Assembly: GCA_963816395.1 (NCBI GenBank)
Contig: CAWFKQ010000004.1
Coordinates: 64,001 to 128,000 of the forward strand
Length of the DNA: 64,000 nt
Direction of reading: 5' to 3'
Source: an uncultured delta proteobacterium
Lineage (GTDB): Bacteria; Desulfobacterota; Desulfuromonadia; Desulfuromonadales; JACZKF01
Positions 11,339 through 21,374 of the stretch are shown in pieces. The notes beneath the pieces were generated by a model. That model ran no database searches. It had not been told where the DNA came from and worked only from the letters and a program-made list of their open reading frames with translations. Position 1 is the stretch's first letter. Each line of letters begins with the position of its first letter. A program made the position numbers and the translations under genes.

Positions 11339-12128
11339 TGAGCTGGAAGGTTGCGGTACGGCGGGGATTCTCCTCGGTCGTCAGAATGTGCGGTACCTCC
11401 GGGCCATACAGATGGTATTCACGGTGCTGGCTGCCGAGCCGCCGGAACAGATACTGGGCGCTGTCTACCCTGACGGTTCGGTCGCCCAGGGCGCTCACGG
11501 CCAGAGTTGGGGCGGTGATCCCGGGCAGGGCGCGGCGCACCCGGTGAATCAGGCGCTGCAGTTGGTAAACGCCGTTGACCGGCCGGCGCTCGTAATAGTA
11601 GGGGCGAAGGTCGGGGGCGACACAATGCCTTTGATAGGGGCGGATGAAGCGCAGCAGGAATGCTGCCGGTGCCAGCCGGTGCTGCAGCTGCAGGTAGGGA
11701 GAAAGCAGCACCAGGCCGGCAAATGGCCGGGTTTCCGACAGGGCAAGAAGAAGCAGGGCACCGCTGCTTACTCCCACCCCGTAAACTGGACCGCTTTCGG
11801 CCAGAATCCGATAGCCGCGCTCGACTGCTGCGAGCCATTCCTCATACCGGCGGCCGGCGAGATCCTCGGGGGTGGTGCCGTGCCCGGGCAGCCTGACGCC
11901 GAGAACCAGGAATCCCGCCGAAGCGAGCTCCTCGCCGATGGCCCGCATTTCTCGCGGGGTGGCAGTGAACCCGTGCACCAGCAGCACTCCCGCCGTCGGT
12001 CGGTCTGGACCGAAAAGAAACGGCAGGTTTTCGTCGCGCGTCACCCCCTCCTGGCGGGCCAGGAGGCGATCTTCCCGAATCAGGGATGCGGCTTCGGGGA
12101 TGGTCGGCACGGCATCATCCCATTTCAA
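11289..12128 (-). CDS. Alpha/beta-hydrolase (carboxylesterase/lysophospholipase-like)
   Basis: VLLVHGFTATP, LPGHGT and nucleophile elbow GVSSG. Confidence 0.85.
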   Translation of the reverse strand: MKWDDAVPTIPEAASLIREDRLLARQEGVTRDENLPFLFGPDRPTAGVLLVHGFTATPREMRAIGEELASAGFLVLGVRLPGHGTTPEDLAGRRYEEWLAAVERGYRILAESGPVYGVGVSSGALLLLALSETRPFAGLVLLSPYLQLQHRLAPAAFLLRFIRPYQRHCVAPDLRPYYYERRPVNGVYQLQRLIHRVRRALPGITAPTLAVSALGDRTVRVDSAQYLFRRLGSQHREYHLYGPEVPHILTTEENPRRTATFQLIIGFLGNLEGRAPKDA

Positions 12129-12185
12129 ATTGAGAAGAAGAGAGGAGGGGAGCCCGTCTGTCGATCGCTGGCGAATGTCGGCCAG

Positions 12186-12219
12186 CCAAAGAAGCCTCCC
12201 GTCCGGGAGGTTTCTTTGG
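12186..12219 (-). terminator. Intrinsic terminator after the IclR gene
   Basis: CCAAAGAAGCCTCCC-gtcc-GGGAGGTTTCTTTGG stem-loop about 12 bp beyond the stop codon. Confidence 0.7.
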
Positions 12220-12230
12220 ACTGCAAGGGC

Positions 12231-13013
12231 TTACTTGTGGAAACCGAGGCGGGTGGAGAGATCTTCGGCGGCCTGGGTTACCAGCGGAATCAGGTCCTTC
12301 TGGATTCGTTCATCGGAAAAGCGCATGGAAGGACCGGAGACGCTGACCGCGCCGACGATGCGGCGGGTGTAGTCGCGAATGGGGCCGGCGACGCAGCGCA
12401 CACCGGAATCGAGCTCTTCGTTGTCGAGAGCGTATCCCTGCTCGGCGATCCGGCGCAATTCCTTCTTCAACTCATCCCGATCAGTGATGGTGTTGGGAGT
12501 GTAGGCCTTGAGTTCCCGGCTCGGCAGCAGGGCATCGATCTCCTCGTCCGACATGAAAGCCAGGTGAACCTTGCCGGCTGCCGTACAATAGGCAGGTAGG
12601 CGGGAGCCGACCCGGGAAACCACCCGCACGGTCAGATCGGTCTCGACGACATCGAGATAGACGATGTAGCCTTCCTTGAAGATGGCCACATAAGAGGTCT
12701 CGCGGCATTCTTTCACCAGTCGTTCCAGGATCGGCTTGGCCTGACGCAGCAGCCCCATCTGTTTGATGAAGGTTTGCCCGAGTTCAAGGGACTTGAGCCC
12801 GAGGCGGTAGTTTTCCGTGGCCCGGTTCTGCTCGATATAACCGCGCGACTCGAGGGTGGCGAGGAGCCGGAAGACGTTGTTCTTGTGTAATTTCAGACGC
12901 TTGCTGAGTTCAGTGACACCCAGTTCATCGTTTTCGCCGTGAAATTGTTCCAACAGATCGAGTGCGTGGGAAACAGCCTGAATGATATATTCAGCTTTCT
13001 CTTTCTTTGCCAT
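12231..13013 (-). CDS. IclR-family transcriptional regulator
   Basis: N-terminal HTH (LGVTELSKRLKLHKNNVFRLLATLESRGY), CTAAGK, GYALDNEE--GVRCVA, GAVSVSGP. Confidence 0.95.
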   Translation of the reverse strand: MAKKEKAEYIIQAVSHALDLLEQFHGENDELGVTELSKRLKLHKNNVFRLLATLESRGYIEQNRATENYRLGLKSLELGQTFIKQMGLLRQAKPILERLVKECRETSYVAIFKEGYIVYLDVVETDLTVRVVSRVGSRLPAYCTAAGKVHLAFMSDEEIDALLPSRELKAYTPNTITDRDELKKELRRIAEQGYALDNEELDSGVRCVAGPIRDYTRRIVGAVSVSGPSMRFSDERIQKDLIPLVTQAAEDLSTRLGFHK

Positions 13014-13178
13014 GGCGAAATTCCCTCTGCAAAAAGAATTAAAGGCTTGATTTTGCCCATCTTATAAATTTGAAAAAATATGTCAAGTCTAATGGGATAT
13101 TCTGCGAAATCTGTTTAGCGCACGACGAATGAAACGCTTGAGGCTCCTGGCGGAAGCCGAAACACTATATCCATACGA

Positions 13179-13207
13179 AATATAAAATGTCGTTTTATAA
13201 AAGTCAA
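13179..13207 (-). promoter_or_regulatory. Sigma70-type promoter for the IclR gene with an overlapping inverted repeat
   Basis: Minus strand TTGACT-N17-TATATT; TATAAAA-N5-TTTTATA at 13181-13199. Confidence 0.6.
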
Positions 13208-13253
13208 CCCAAACTAATTTGTCTGGTGACGATTTTCTGCCGCTGGCGGCCGG

Positions 13254-13282
13254 TTGACAGGAAATTTTCTTTCCATTAGAGT
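13254..13282 (+). promoter_or_regulatory. Sigma70-type promoter for the Usp gene
   Basis: TTGACA-N17-TAGAGT, 27 bp before ATG 13310. Confidence 0.6.
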
Positions 13283-13309
13283 AATCACCTACTTACCGCG
13301 GAGGGTAGA

Positions 13310-13762
13310 ATGCTTAACCTGAGCAAGAAGATCCTGGTGGCCATCGACGGCTCACCCCAGTCGGACAAGGCGGCGGAAGAAGCGGTGCGCCTGGCGGTTG
13401 CTTCAGGTGTCCGCTTTAAAAGCAAGCTTTATGCCATTCTTGTCCTGCCCAGCATGCGTACCCCTTCTTTCACCGATTTTTTTCCTTCTCCCCCGGTAAC
13501 GGAACGCCCAGACTGGGAGGAAAAGCGGCAGCGGATCTTCTATGTTGTCGAAAAAACCGCCGCCGAAGCCGGTGTGCACCTGGAAAATGTGGTGGTTTAC
13601 GGTGATGCCGCGGAGGAGATCATGGCTTTTGCCGAGCAGGAGGAGATCGATGTGATAGTCATCGGCTCCTCGGGGGCGGGCCGGGTCAAAAGGGCTCTGC
13701 TGGGGAGCGTCTCGACCAAAGTCGCCCTGCATGCCCGCTGCTCAGTCTATATTGTCCGCTGA
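13310..13762 (+). CDS. Universal stress protein (UspA family)
   Basis: KILVAIDGSPQS...DVIVIGSSG...LLGSVS-KV-HARCSV. Confidence 0.93.
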   Translation: MLNLSKKILVAIDGSPQSDKAAEEAVRLAVASGVRFKSKLYAILVLPSMRTPSFTDFFPSPPVTERPDWEEKRQRIFYVVEKTAAEAGVHLENVVVYGDAAEEIMAFAEQEEIDVIVIGSSGAGRVKRALLGSVSTKVALHARCSVYIVR

Positions 13763-14608
13763 AAAACCATCCGCCTCTTCCCGCCATTCTTCCGCTGCCG
13801 GCGGCCGCACCACTTCCGCAAGGGGCCGGCGCGTTTCCTGACAGAGATAATCGAATATTTCCACCAGGCTCTCGCGAATCATTTCCTCTTCCTTGGGGAA
13901 TTCGTGCGGCGATAACTCCAGGGTCAGGGTTTTGTTGTACCTGGTCTCCCGCAGATGATTGAGAAAACGGGTGAGGGGGAGAATGCCATGGCCGGGAAGC
14001 AGATGCTCGCGGCCGTAGCCGTAGTCCGAAAAATGGATGTTGCGCATCCGGGTGGAATTGTAGAAGAGATGAAAGTCGTGCAGGAAGTTGGCTCGGGAAG
14101 AACCCATATGAGCGGTGTCAAAAGTGAGGAAGAGGTTTTTCTCCTCCATGAACTGGATCATCTTGCCGGTTTGCGCCAGGAAGTTCGGGTTGCATTTGAA
14201 AGGTCCGGTGCAGGGCATGTTCTCCATGGTGATGGTCACCTGATTGCGTCCTATCTCGGACTGGAAATCGCGGATCCGGTTAAGCCAGCGCCAGAAGCGC
14301 AGTTCCAGGGCGAGCCAGGCCGGCGGGTGAAAATTGACCAGGGGAATGCCGGTCTCCAGGGCCAATTCGGTGGTGCGGAAAAGGGATTCGATTTTATTTC
14401 CCCAGCCATCCAACTCGAAAAAGGGGGCGTGGAGGGAATAGATGGGAAGAATCTGCTGCAGTTCCCGCAGACAGGCAACATTGTCCTGGTACTGGAAGTC
14501 ATAGTTGACAATGACTTCCAGGCCATCGAAACCGGTATCCCGGGCGAGTTCGAAAACTTTCGCCAAGGGCAGGGTATAGAGACTGCCGGCCGACAGGACC
14601 AGCTTCAT
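13742..14608 (-). CDS. Sugar-phosphate isomerase/epimerase family TIM-barrel protein (AP endonuclease 2-like)
   Basis: GFDGLE, SLHAP, TMENMP, LTFDTAH, NIHFSD, EHLLPGHG, LTLE. Confidence 0.8.
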   Translation of the reverse strand: MKLVLSAGSLYTLPLAKVFELARDTGFDGLEVIVNYDFQYQDNVACLRELQQILPIYSLHAPFFELDGWGNKIESLFRTTELALETGIPLVNFHPPAWLALELRFWRWLNRIRDFQSEIGRNQVTITMENMPCTGPFKCNPNFLAQTGKMIQFMEEKNLFLTFDTAHMGSSRANFLHDFHLFYNSTRMRNIHFSDYGYGREHLLPGHGILPLTRFLNHLRETRYNKTLTLELSPHEFPKEEEMIRESLVEIFDYLCQETRRPLAEVVRPPAAEEWREEADGFSADNID

Positions 14609-14680
14609 CGTTGATCTTCTCCTTGCCAGGACAGCCCGCGGACCGGGATTGGCCAAAAGCTGCCGTGAAACCGCCCCGCT

Positions 14681-16201
14681 TCAGGGAGCGTGCACTTCCT
14701 CCGCCAGAAACCGACGGATCCGCTCCGGTGGCGCCGGGGTGGCCAGGGAGACGAGGATCATGACCAGAACGACCAGCGGCGCTCCAAGGAGTGCCGAGGA
14801 GGTGGGGGGGAAAAGTTCGCCGAGCAGAGGAAAGGCGTTTCCCAGCAGCAGCGCCGCAAAAGTGACGGCAAGCCCGGTCAGCATGCCGGCAATGGCTCCG
14901 TATTTGTTGGTCCGGTCCCACCAGATTCCCAGAAGAAATACCGGAAAGAGGGTATTGCCGGCCAGGGCGAAGGCTACGGCGGTGATCTGGGCGATCAACC
15001 CCGGGGGATTGAGCGCCGCCAGCAGGACCACCAGGGCCATCACCAGGGTTGCGCCTTTGGCCACCCGCATCCGCTGCCGCTCGCTGGCCCGGGGGTTGAG
15101 CAGGCGGTAATAGATATCGTGGGAGAAGGCGCCGGCACCCGTCAGCAGCAGCCCGGTTACGGTGGAAAAGGCGGCAATGATCGCGCCGACGGCAATGCTG
15201 CCGGTAAGCCATCGAGGAATGCCGGACCACTCCCCGGCTTTGATGACGATCAGGTCGGCGATGGCGTGCGCCATCTGCGGATCAAGGTTCTGGCCGCTGC
15301 GGGTCTCCCAGATTTTAGCGAAGGTGGCATAGGCGGGAGCGCTCCAGTAAAGCAGGCCGATGAAAAAAATCCCCCAGACCACACTCCAGCGGGCATCCCT
15401 GGCATTGGGAACGGTGTAGAAGCGGGAGAGTACGTGGGGTAGGCCCGCGGTTCCCACCATCAGGGTGAAGCAGAGGGCTATCCATTGGTAAGTGGTCCCG
15501 AAAACCCAGGGAGAAGTGAAGGCGCCGTTTTCCCGGGACAGGTCCTGCAGCGCCGCTCCATAGCCGAACTGGGGCGCCGCCCAGAAGTAGCCGAGCTTCC
15601 TGGCGATGAACATGAGCGGCACCAGAAAGGAGAGGATCAGCACGACGTAATGGAACTGCTGGTTGCGGGCGGCGCCGAGGGTGCCGGCCAGCACCAGGTA
15701 GGAAATGGCCACCGCCGTACCGAGAAAGAGGGCGGGGGTATAGTCGATGCCGAGCATCCAGGCGAACACCAGGCCGATCCCCTTGTACTGGGCAACGCAG
15801 TAGACCAGGGAGATGAGGATGGCAATAATCGCCGAGAGGAAGCGGGCGACCGGCGAATCGTAGCGGGTCTCGACAAAATCGGGAGCGCTGTACTTGCCGA
15901 AGCGGCGGATCTGGGTAGCCATCAGGATGAGCAGCAGGACGTAACCGCCGGTCCAGCCGATGACGTAGGCGAGGGCGAAGTAACCCTTGAGATAGAAGAC
16001 CCCGGCGATTCCCAGGAAGGAGGCGGCGCTCATCCAGTTGGAGGCGATGGCGGCGCCGATGCCCAGACGGCCGATGGTGCGGCCGGTGCCGAGGTAGTAG
16101 GCCGTGCCGCGGATGCGGCTGGTCAGGCCAATCAGGATAAAGGCGCCGAGCACGATGATCAGCAGCAGGAGTGGAATCCCTTTGAAGCCGTCGGTCGTCA
16201 T
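14681..16201 (-). CDS. Sodium:solute symporter, ActP-like (acetate/monocarboxylate) subfamily
   Basis: ASNWMSAASFLG, GWTGGY, RFGKYSAPDF, GTAGLPHVLSRFYTVP; about 13 hydrophobic segments. Confidence 0.9.
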   Translation of the reverse strand: MTTDGFKGIPLLLLIIVLGAFILIGLTSRIRGTAYYLGTGRTIGRLGIGAAIASNWMSAASFLGIAGVFYLKGYFALAYVIGWTGGYVLLLILMATQIRRFGKYSAPDFVETRYDSPVARFLSAIIAILISLVYCVAQYKGIGLVFAWMLGIDYTPALFLGTAVAISYLVLAGTLGAARNQQFHYVVLILSFLVPLMFIARKLGYFWAAPQFGYGAALQDLSRENGAFTSPWVFGTTYQWIALCFTLMVGTAGLPHVLSRFYTVPNARDARWSVVWGIFFIGLLYWSAPAYATFAKIWETRSGQNLDPQMAHAIADLIVIKAGEWSGIPRWLTGSIAVGAIIAAFSTVTGLLLTGAGAFSHDIYYRLLNPRASERQRMRVAKGATLVMALVVLLAALNPPGLIAQITAVAFALAGNTLFPVFLLGIWWDRTNKYGAIAGMLTGLAVTFAALLLGNAFPLLGELFPPTSSALLGAPLVVLVMILVSLATPAPPERIRRFLAEEVHAP

Positions 16202-16210
16202 GCGCTCTCC

Positions 16211-16540
16211 CTATCTGCGTTTCCGGTAGATTTTCGTCAATTGATCGAGGAAAACGTTAAACAGAAAGCAAAGGAAAATAAACCAGACGATGAGGAACTG
16301 CCCGGTAAACCAGTAATGAAAAGGAAACCCGAACAGGTGCAGATCGGTGAGGCGGCCCTCCCCGGCGGCGTTTCTCTGCAGCCAGGTAAGCAGGATTTGA
16401 AAGCCGAAGGTGAAAAAGGCCCAACTGATCAGCAGGATCCAGGTGTAGATGACGCGCCGGCGCAGGTAGCCGGGGCGGGGCCGGAAGAAATTGATCCGGT
16501 AATCACTTTCGGTCGCGACGGGATCGTCCTTTGCTTCCAT
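16211..16540 (-). CDS. Small membrane partner subunit of the SSS transporter (DUF4212-like)
   Basis: Two TM segments with FGFPFHYWFTGQ, directly upstream of the symporter. Confidence 0.75.
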   Translation of the reverse strand: MEAKDDPVATESDYRINFFRPRPGYLRRRVIYTWILLISWAFFTFGFQILLTWLQRNAAGEGRLTDLHLFGFPFHYWFTGQFLIVWFIFLCFLFNVFLDQLTKIYRKRR

Positions 16541-16561
16541 TGCAAGCACCTCTTCCAAAGG

Positions 16562-16636
16562 CAGTGAGGTAGTGAGTAGTCAGATAGTGAGATAGAAGAA
16601 CTTGAATTTACTACCTCGCTACTTACTATCTCACTG
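16562..16636. repeat. Octamer inverted-repeat element, copy 1
   Basis: CAGTGAGGTAGTGAGTAGTCAGATAGTGAGATAG-aagaacttgaattta-CTACCTCGCTACTTACTATCTCACTG. Confidence 0.85.
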
Positions 16637-17823
16637 GTTTCATGATCTCCCGCAGAACACTGGTGGCATAGCTCCCCTTCGGCAGGGAGAAGGAGATGAG
16701 CAGATCGGTGCCTTCCCGGCGCACCGCAGCCTCGCGCAAGGGCACCCGCAGGGGGCGCCGTTCTCCTTCCATGGCGAGGCCGCCGGTCAGACGGAAATCC
16801 TCGCGCTGCAGCTTTTCCCTGGCCAGGACGCTCTCCTCGAGAATGCCGGCATGGCCCCGGGCCATACTGACCTTATAGCCGAACAGGGGAGCCGAGGGGC
16901 TGATCTCCAGGCGCTCGGCGCGCGGCTGCTCGGCGGCGGCATTCTCGACGTAGAAACAGGCGCCATTGTCGTGCTTGTAGGCCAGGTCCCCCTGCCAGAG
17001 GATGTCCAGGGTATCGAGGCGCATGGCTGTCAGCTGATCGAACAGGCTCGACTGGTAAGCGGAAAGAAACAGGCGCAGCAGCTTGCGCGGCAGGGCCAGT
17101 ACCGCCTGCCGGGCGCTGCGGCCAGCGAGCAGATCCTGCACCAGGCGCCGCTCGTCCCGGCAGCGCCCGGGCAGGATCGCCAATGCTCCGGCCAGATCGC
17201 CGGCATGAAAGCGCGCGGCTCCCTCCCGCCAGCGTTCATCGGCGATGGCCGAGGGATCACCGACGATCTGCCGTGCGGCCTCTTCGAAATCATTCCGCAG
17301 GATGGCCCGACCGGTAAAGTGGGAGTTGGCGAGGGCACCATAGCGCTGTTCGCCGAAAAAATTGGGAACGCCGACGTTTTCCAGGACATGCAGGGAATCC
17401 TCGGCTGCCGCCAGCGGCACCTTCGGCCACTTCCCGGATGCGGATGCGGAAACGATTGCCCGCCAGATGCCCCGGGCGCAACTTGTTGCGGTGCCGCCGG
17501 GCCGCCAGAACGGTCACCCCGGGAATCGTCAGGTTCCGCACCTGCTCCGGGTGGACTCCGGGAATAGAGACGGTCTGCCGGCAAATGGCCCGGGCGTCCT
17601 TGAGGCCGGCATAACCAAGTTCCCGCTCCGGCACCGACAGGGTCCGGGAGAGCCGGTGCAGCAGTTCCAGGGTGGTCAGGCCGCGTTTTTCCACCGTCAG
17701 GTAAAGGTGTTCCCCATCGTCACAGGGAAGATAAAGGGGGATTTCCTCGACGAAGAAATCTTCCGGAGATTCCTTGACCCTGCCGCCGGTGCCAGGAAAA
17801 CTTTCGGTGAGAAACCTATTCAT
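16626..17823 (-). CDS. truD: tRNA pseudouridine(13) synthase TruD (frameshift near 17420)
   Basis: PEDFFVEEI, GEHLYL, YAGLKDARA, GNRFRI, then VPNFFGEQRYG, SAYQSSLF, FSLPKGSYATSVLRE. Confidence 0.95.
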
Positions 17824-18517
17824 TGGCAGCGCTGCTCCAGGATCCCCGGAAACCGGGTCGGATCGGCGCCGTGCAGACCGCATCGGGGCGGCAGTCTGCC
17901 CGCTTCTGGTGATGAAGAAAATGGATCGCCTGCCCCTGATCGAGAAAGCGGCGCATGTACTTGGAAAGCGGATAGCCGGGCAATTCCAGAGCATAAGGGG
18001 AGGACAGGCGGTTTTGCCAGCCGGGGATGGCTGTCAGCAATTGTCCCACCTCAGCGGCATAATCGTGGACATCGCTGCTGAAGTAGAATGCGCCGTCGGG
18101 CTGCAGGTAAAAGAGAAGATTACGGAGGAAATCGGCATTCACCAGACGGCGTCGGCGATGCCGCTTCTTCGGCCAGGGATCCGGACAATTGATGTATACT
18201 GCAGCCAGGCTTTCCCTGGCCAGGTAATGCTCCAGCAGATGACGGGCTTCCAGGCGCAGGACGCGGACGTTGGCCAGTTCCGCCCCCTCCACCTTTCTGC
18301 AGGTTTTGAGACACCCCTTGTTGTAGATATCGATGGCCAGATAGTTGTATTCAGGACGGCTGGTTGCCAACTGGACGATAAAGTCGCCGATGCCGCAGCC
18401 GATTTCCAGGACCAGCGGCCGCTCGGTACCGAACAGTTGCCGCGAGTCGATTATGCCGTCCAGTTGGACCTCTGGAACGAAAACGGGGGAGGTGATCTCG
18501 ATCATCCGCTGAGTCAT
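17816..18517 (-). CDS. trmB: tRNA (guanine-N7)-methyltransferase
   Basis: LEIGCGIG and NCPDPWPKKRHRRRRLV. Confidence 0.95.
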   Translation of the reverse strand: MTQRMIEITSPVFVPEVQLDGIIDSRQLFGTERPLVLEIGCGIGDFIVQLATSRPEYNYLAIDIYNKGCLKTCRKVEGAELANVRVLRLEARHLLEHYLARESLAAVYINCPDPWPKKRHRRRRLVNADFLRNLLFYLQPDGAFYFSSDVHDYAAEVGQLLTAIPGWQNRLSSPYALELPGYPLSKYMRRFLDQGQAIHFLHHQKRADCRPDAVCTAPIRPGFRGSWSSAANE

Positions 18518-18637
18518 GTGCAATCGCCGGAAATAGGGTGAGAGTGGCCGGCAAAGTAACATAAAAAGGGGATTCGCACAACAGGCGGCGGACAGGGGCG
18601 GGAGGATCCCAGCCCCCTGCCTGCCGCCTGCGGCACT

Positions 18638-18965
18638 TTATTGCTTGAGGGTTTGCAGGTAACTGACCAGTGCCTGGAGATCCTCTTCCGGCAGGCGCTG
18701 AAAAGAAGGCATGATCGATTGGGGGGCGCCGGCCTTCGGATTGACCAGCTTCTGCCGGATCTGTTCGGCGGTCATTTGCTTGCCAATGTCGTTCAGGGCC
18801 GGGCCAAGGGTGCCGCCGCTGTCACCGACCTTGTGGCAACCCTTGCAGCCGAGGGAATTGACCAGTTCTTGTCCCTTGGCCAGATCCGCGGCCAGGGCCG
18901 GGCTGGCCAGGAAGGCCAGACAGAAGAACTGCCGTCGCCGATTTTCCGATACCGTGTATTCTCAT
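18638..18965 (-). CDS. Monoheme periplasmic cytochrome c (frameshift in the signal peptide; absent from the ORF track)
   Basis: Manual translation ...LAFLASPALA/ADLAKGQELVNSLGCKGCHKVGDSGGTLGPALN...SIMPSF...LVSYLQTLKQ*; CxxCH, GPxL and distal MP ligand; AAGGA RBS before ATG 18965. Confidence 0.85.
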
Positions 18966-19286
18966 CGATTTCATCCTTTCCTGGGGAAGCGCTGCAAGAG
19001 CTCATTAGAATAACGAAAATCGTGGCCACTTGCAAGAGCCGGCCGGTAACGGCGGAAAAAAGTTGAATTCTCCGCAGCCGCTCGCTACATTATGATGGCT
19101 GTTACCGAAGGGGCCGGTTTTTGTGGCGGGGCGCAGGCAACCGGTTGTTTGCGAGTCAATTCTACAGGTTGAGCAGCATGCCCGGATGCAGGTTGTCTGA
19201 ACACCAGAGGATTCAGGGGCACCCGACAGGTACTCCTGTCTCCAATCGTCGATGGGCATTTCTTTCAGACTATCAAGGAGCCAACC

Positions 19287-20294
19287 ATGCTCATCGTCAT
19301 GCACCATCATGCCACCACCGAGCAGATCCGTGCGGTACGGGAGGCGGTCGAGGCCATGGGTCTGCGCGCCGAGCCGATCCCGGGGAGCGAGCGGACGGCG
19401 ATCGGAGTTCTCGGCAATCAGGGATACGTGGATGACACATCGATCCGAGAACTTCCCGGGGTGCGCGAAGTGATCCACGTCAGCAAGCCCTACAAACTGG
19501 TTTCCCGTGACTTTCATCCCGGCTCGACGGTGGTCGATGCCGGCGGCGTACCGATCGGGGACGGGCATCCGCCGGTGATCATCGCCGGTCCCTGCTCGAT
19601 CGAAAACGAAGATCAGATCGTCACCTCGGCGCACCTGGTGAAAGCCGCCGGTGCCCATATCCTGCGCGGCGGGGCCTTTAAGCCGCGTACCGGTCCCCAT
19701 TCCTTTCAGGGACTGGGGGTGGAAGGGCTCAAACTGCTGCGCCTCGCCGGTGATGCCGCCGGCCTGCCGGTAATCACCGAGGTGATGCGCATCGAGCAGT
19801 TGGAAACGGTCTGCCGTTATGCCGATATCCTGCAGGTCGGCGCCCGTAACATGCAGAACTTTGACCTGCTCAAGGAAGTCGGCAAGCTTGACCGGCCGGT
19901 TCTTCTGAAGCGGGGGATGAGCGCCACCATCGAGGAATTTCTCGCCGCCGCCGAGTATATTGTGGCCGAAGGCAATGGCCAGGTGATCCTCTGCGAGCGG
20001 GGAATCCGCACCTTCGAACGGGCCACCCGCAATACCCTTGACCTTTCAGTCATCCCGCTGGTGCGGGAGATGAGCCACCTGCCGATTCTCGTCGATCCCA
20101 GCCACGCCACCGGCAAGCGCTCCCTGGTGCCGGTCATGGCCAAGGCGGCGCTGATCGCCGGCGCCCACGGGGTCATGGTCGAGGTCCATCCCGACCCCGA
20201 TCGGGCTCTTTGCGACGGCGCCCAGAGTCTGGCGGGCGAAGGTTTTGGCCAATTGATGGGGGAGATCCGGGGGTTGTTGAAGTTTTTGGGATAG
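19287..20294 (+). CDS. aroF: DAHP synthase, class I-beta with N-terminal regulatory domain
   Basis: IAGPCSIE, RGGAFKPRT, VGARNMQNF, LKRGMSAT, LCERGIRTFE, DPSHATG. Confidence 0.95.
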   Translation: MLIVMHHHATTEQIRAVREAVEAMGLRAEPIPGSERTAIGVLGNQGYVDDTSIRELPGVREVIHVSKPYKLVSRDFHPGSTVVDAGGVPIGDGHPPVIIAGPCSIENEDQIVTSAHLVKAAGAHILRGGAFKPRTGPHSFQGLGVEGLKLLRLAGDAAGLPVITEVMRIEQLETVCRYADILQVGARNMQNFDLLKEVGKLDRPVLLKRGMSATIEEFLAAAEYIVAEGNGQVILCERGIRTFERATRNTLDLSVIPLVREMSHLPILVDPSHATGKRSLVPVMAKAALIAGAHGVMVEVHPDPDRALCDGAQSLAGEGFGQLMGEIRGLLKFLG

Positions 20295-20376
20295 TGGAAG
20301 AGGCATGAACTTGATGCTAAGATTTGATTCATCGGCTGCTAAAGCGGGTTGGAATTTCCTCTTATTCAAAATTCCT

Positions 20377-21231
20377 TCAGGCGGCCACCAGCCGCATGCA
20401 GGTGATTTCCGGCCGGCAGAGGAAGCGGACCGGGAAGACGCTGGTGCCGACGCCGCGGGTGACGTAGAGGGGGGTGCCGCTGCTCCCAACCCGGTAAAGG
20501 CCGTCGACGAAAGCGCCCGGAGAAGCGAGGCAGGTAGAAGAGGGGGATGAAAGGGAAGCGCACCTGGCCGCCGTGGGTGTGGCCGCAGAGGATGAGGTCG
20601 ATGCGGCCGTCCAGGAGTTCGTGGGGAAAAGCCGGGACATGGGAGAGGAGCAGGTTGAGGCGGGCCGAATCGGCCCCTTGCTGCAGCCTCTGGAGATTGT
20701 CGCCTTTTGAGGGATAATCGAGCCCGAGAATCGAGGTCGGTATTCCCTGCAGGTCCAGATCGGCCGCTCATTGATCAGCAGGGTGACACCGGCGCGGACA
20801 AAGTGCCGGCGCAGGTTCTCCCCCTCCACCCGGGCTCGGTAATCCCAGTTCCCCTGAATGGCGAAAACCCCCTGGCTGGCCTGCAGCAGCCGGAGGAAAC
20901 GGCGCACCTCGCCGATCTTACGGCTCTGTTCAAGGTAGTCGCCGGTGAGCAGGATGATTTCCGGCGACAGGGTATTGACCGCCTCGGCCACCTCCCGGTA
21001 GTAGCCGTGGAAGGCCCTGATATGCAGATCCGAGAGGTGAACCAGCCGCAGTTCCCGCCCGGGTGGAATTTTTTCCAGGGGGATGGTGACCTCGCGTACC
21101 TCGAAGTCGCGCGGCTCCCGGTAAAGGGCATCGCCGAGCGCTCCGCCGCCGAGAATGGCGCTTCCGCCCAGAAGAAAAGTCCGCCGGGAGATTCCCCTGG
21201 CGGACTTCTCCGTATCTCTATCCTGCTCCAT
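20377..21231 (-). CDS. Metallophosphoesterase (YkuE-like) with Tat-like signal; compensating internal frameshifts
   Basis: SRRTFL, HLSDLH, LTGDY, GNWD; GHTHGGQ in a shifted frame; YVTRGVG...RFLCRPEI. Confidence 0.85.
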   Translation of the reverse strand: MEQDRDTEKSARGISRRTFLLGGSAILGGGALGDALYREPRDFEVREVTIPLEKIPPGRELRLVHLSDLHIRAFHGYYREVAEAVNTLSPEIILLTGDYLEQSRKIGEVRRFLRLLQASQGVFAIQGNWDYRARVEGENLRRHFVRAGVTLLINERPIWTCREYRPRFSGSIIPQKATISRGCSKGPIRPASTCSSPMSRLFPTNSWTAASTSSSAATPTAARCASLSSPSSTCLASPGAFVDGLYRVGSSGTPLYVTRGVGTSVFPVRFLCRPEITCMRLVAA

Positions 21232-21374
21232 TTCCGTCCTTTTCCCTCCTTGCCAAGGGAAGGGAATATACCATGGATCACCCCCGCCGCCAACGTCTCT
21301 CTTGCCAGCCTTCGGATGATATTGTATCTTTTAAGGATTGATTTGGTATCCATTGCTCAACCAAAGGAGATTTC

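Noticed and set aside
19020..19286. Attenuator or leader peptide upstream of aroF
   Set aside because: Only a short hairpin (GACAGG-TACT-CCTGTC); no aromatic-rich leader ORF was found.
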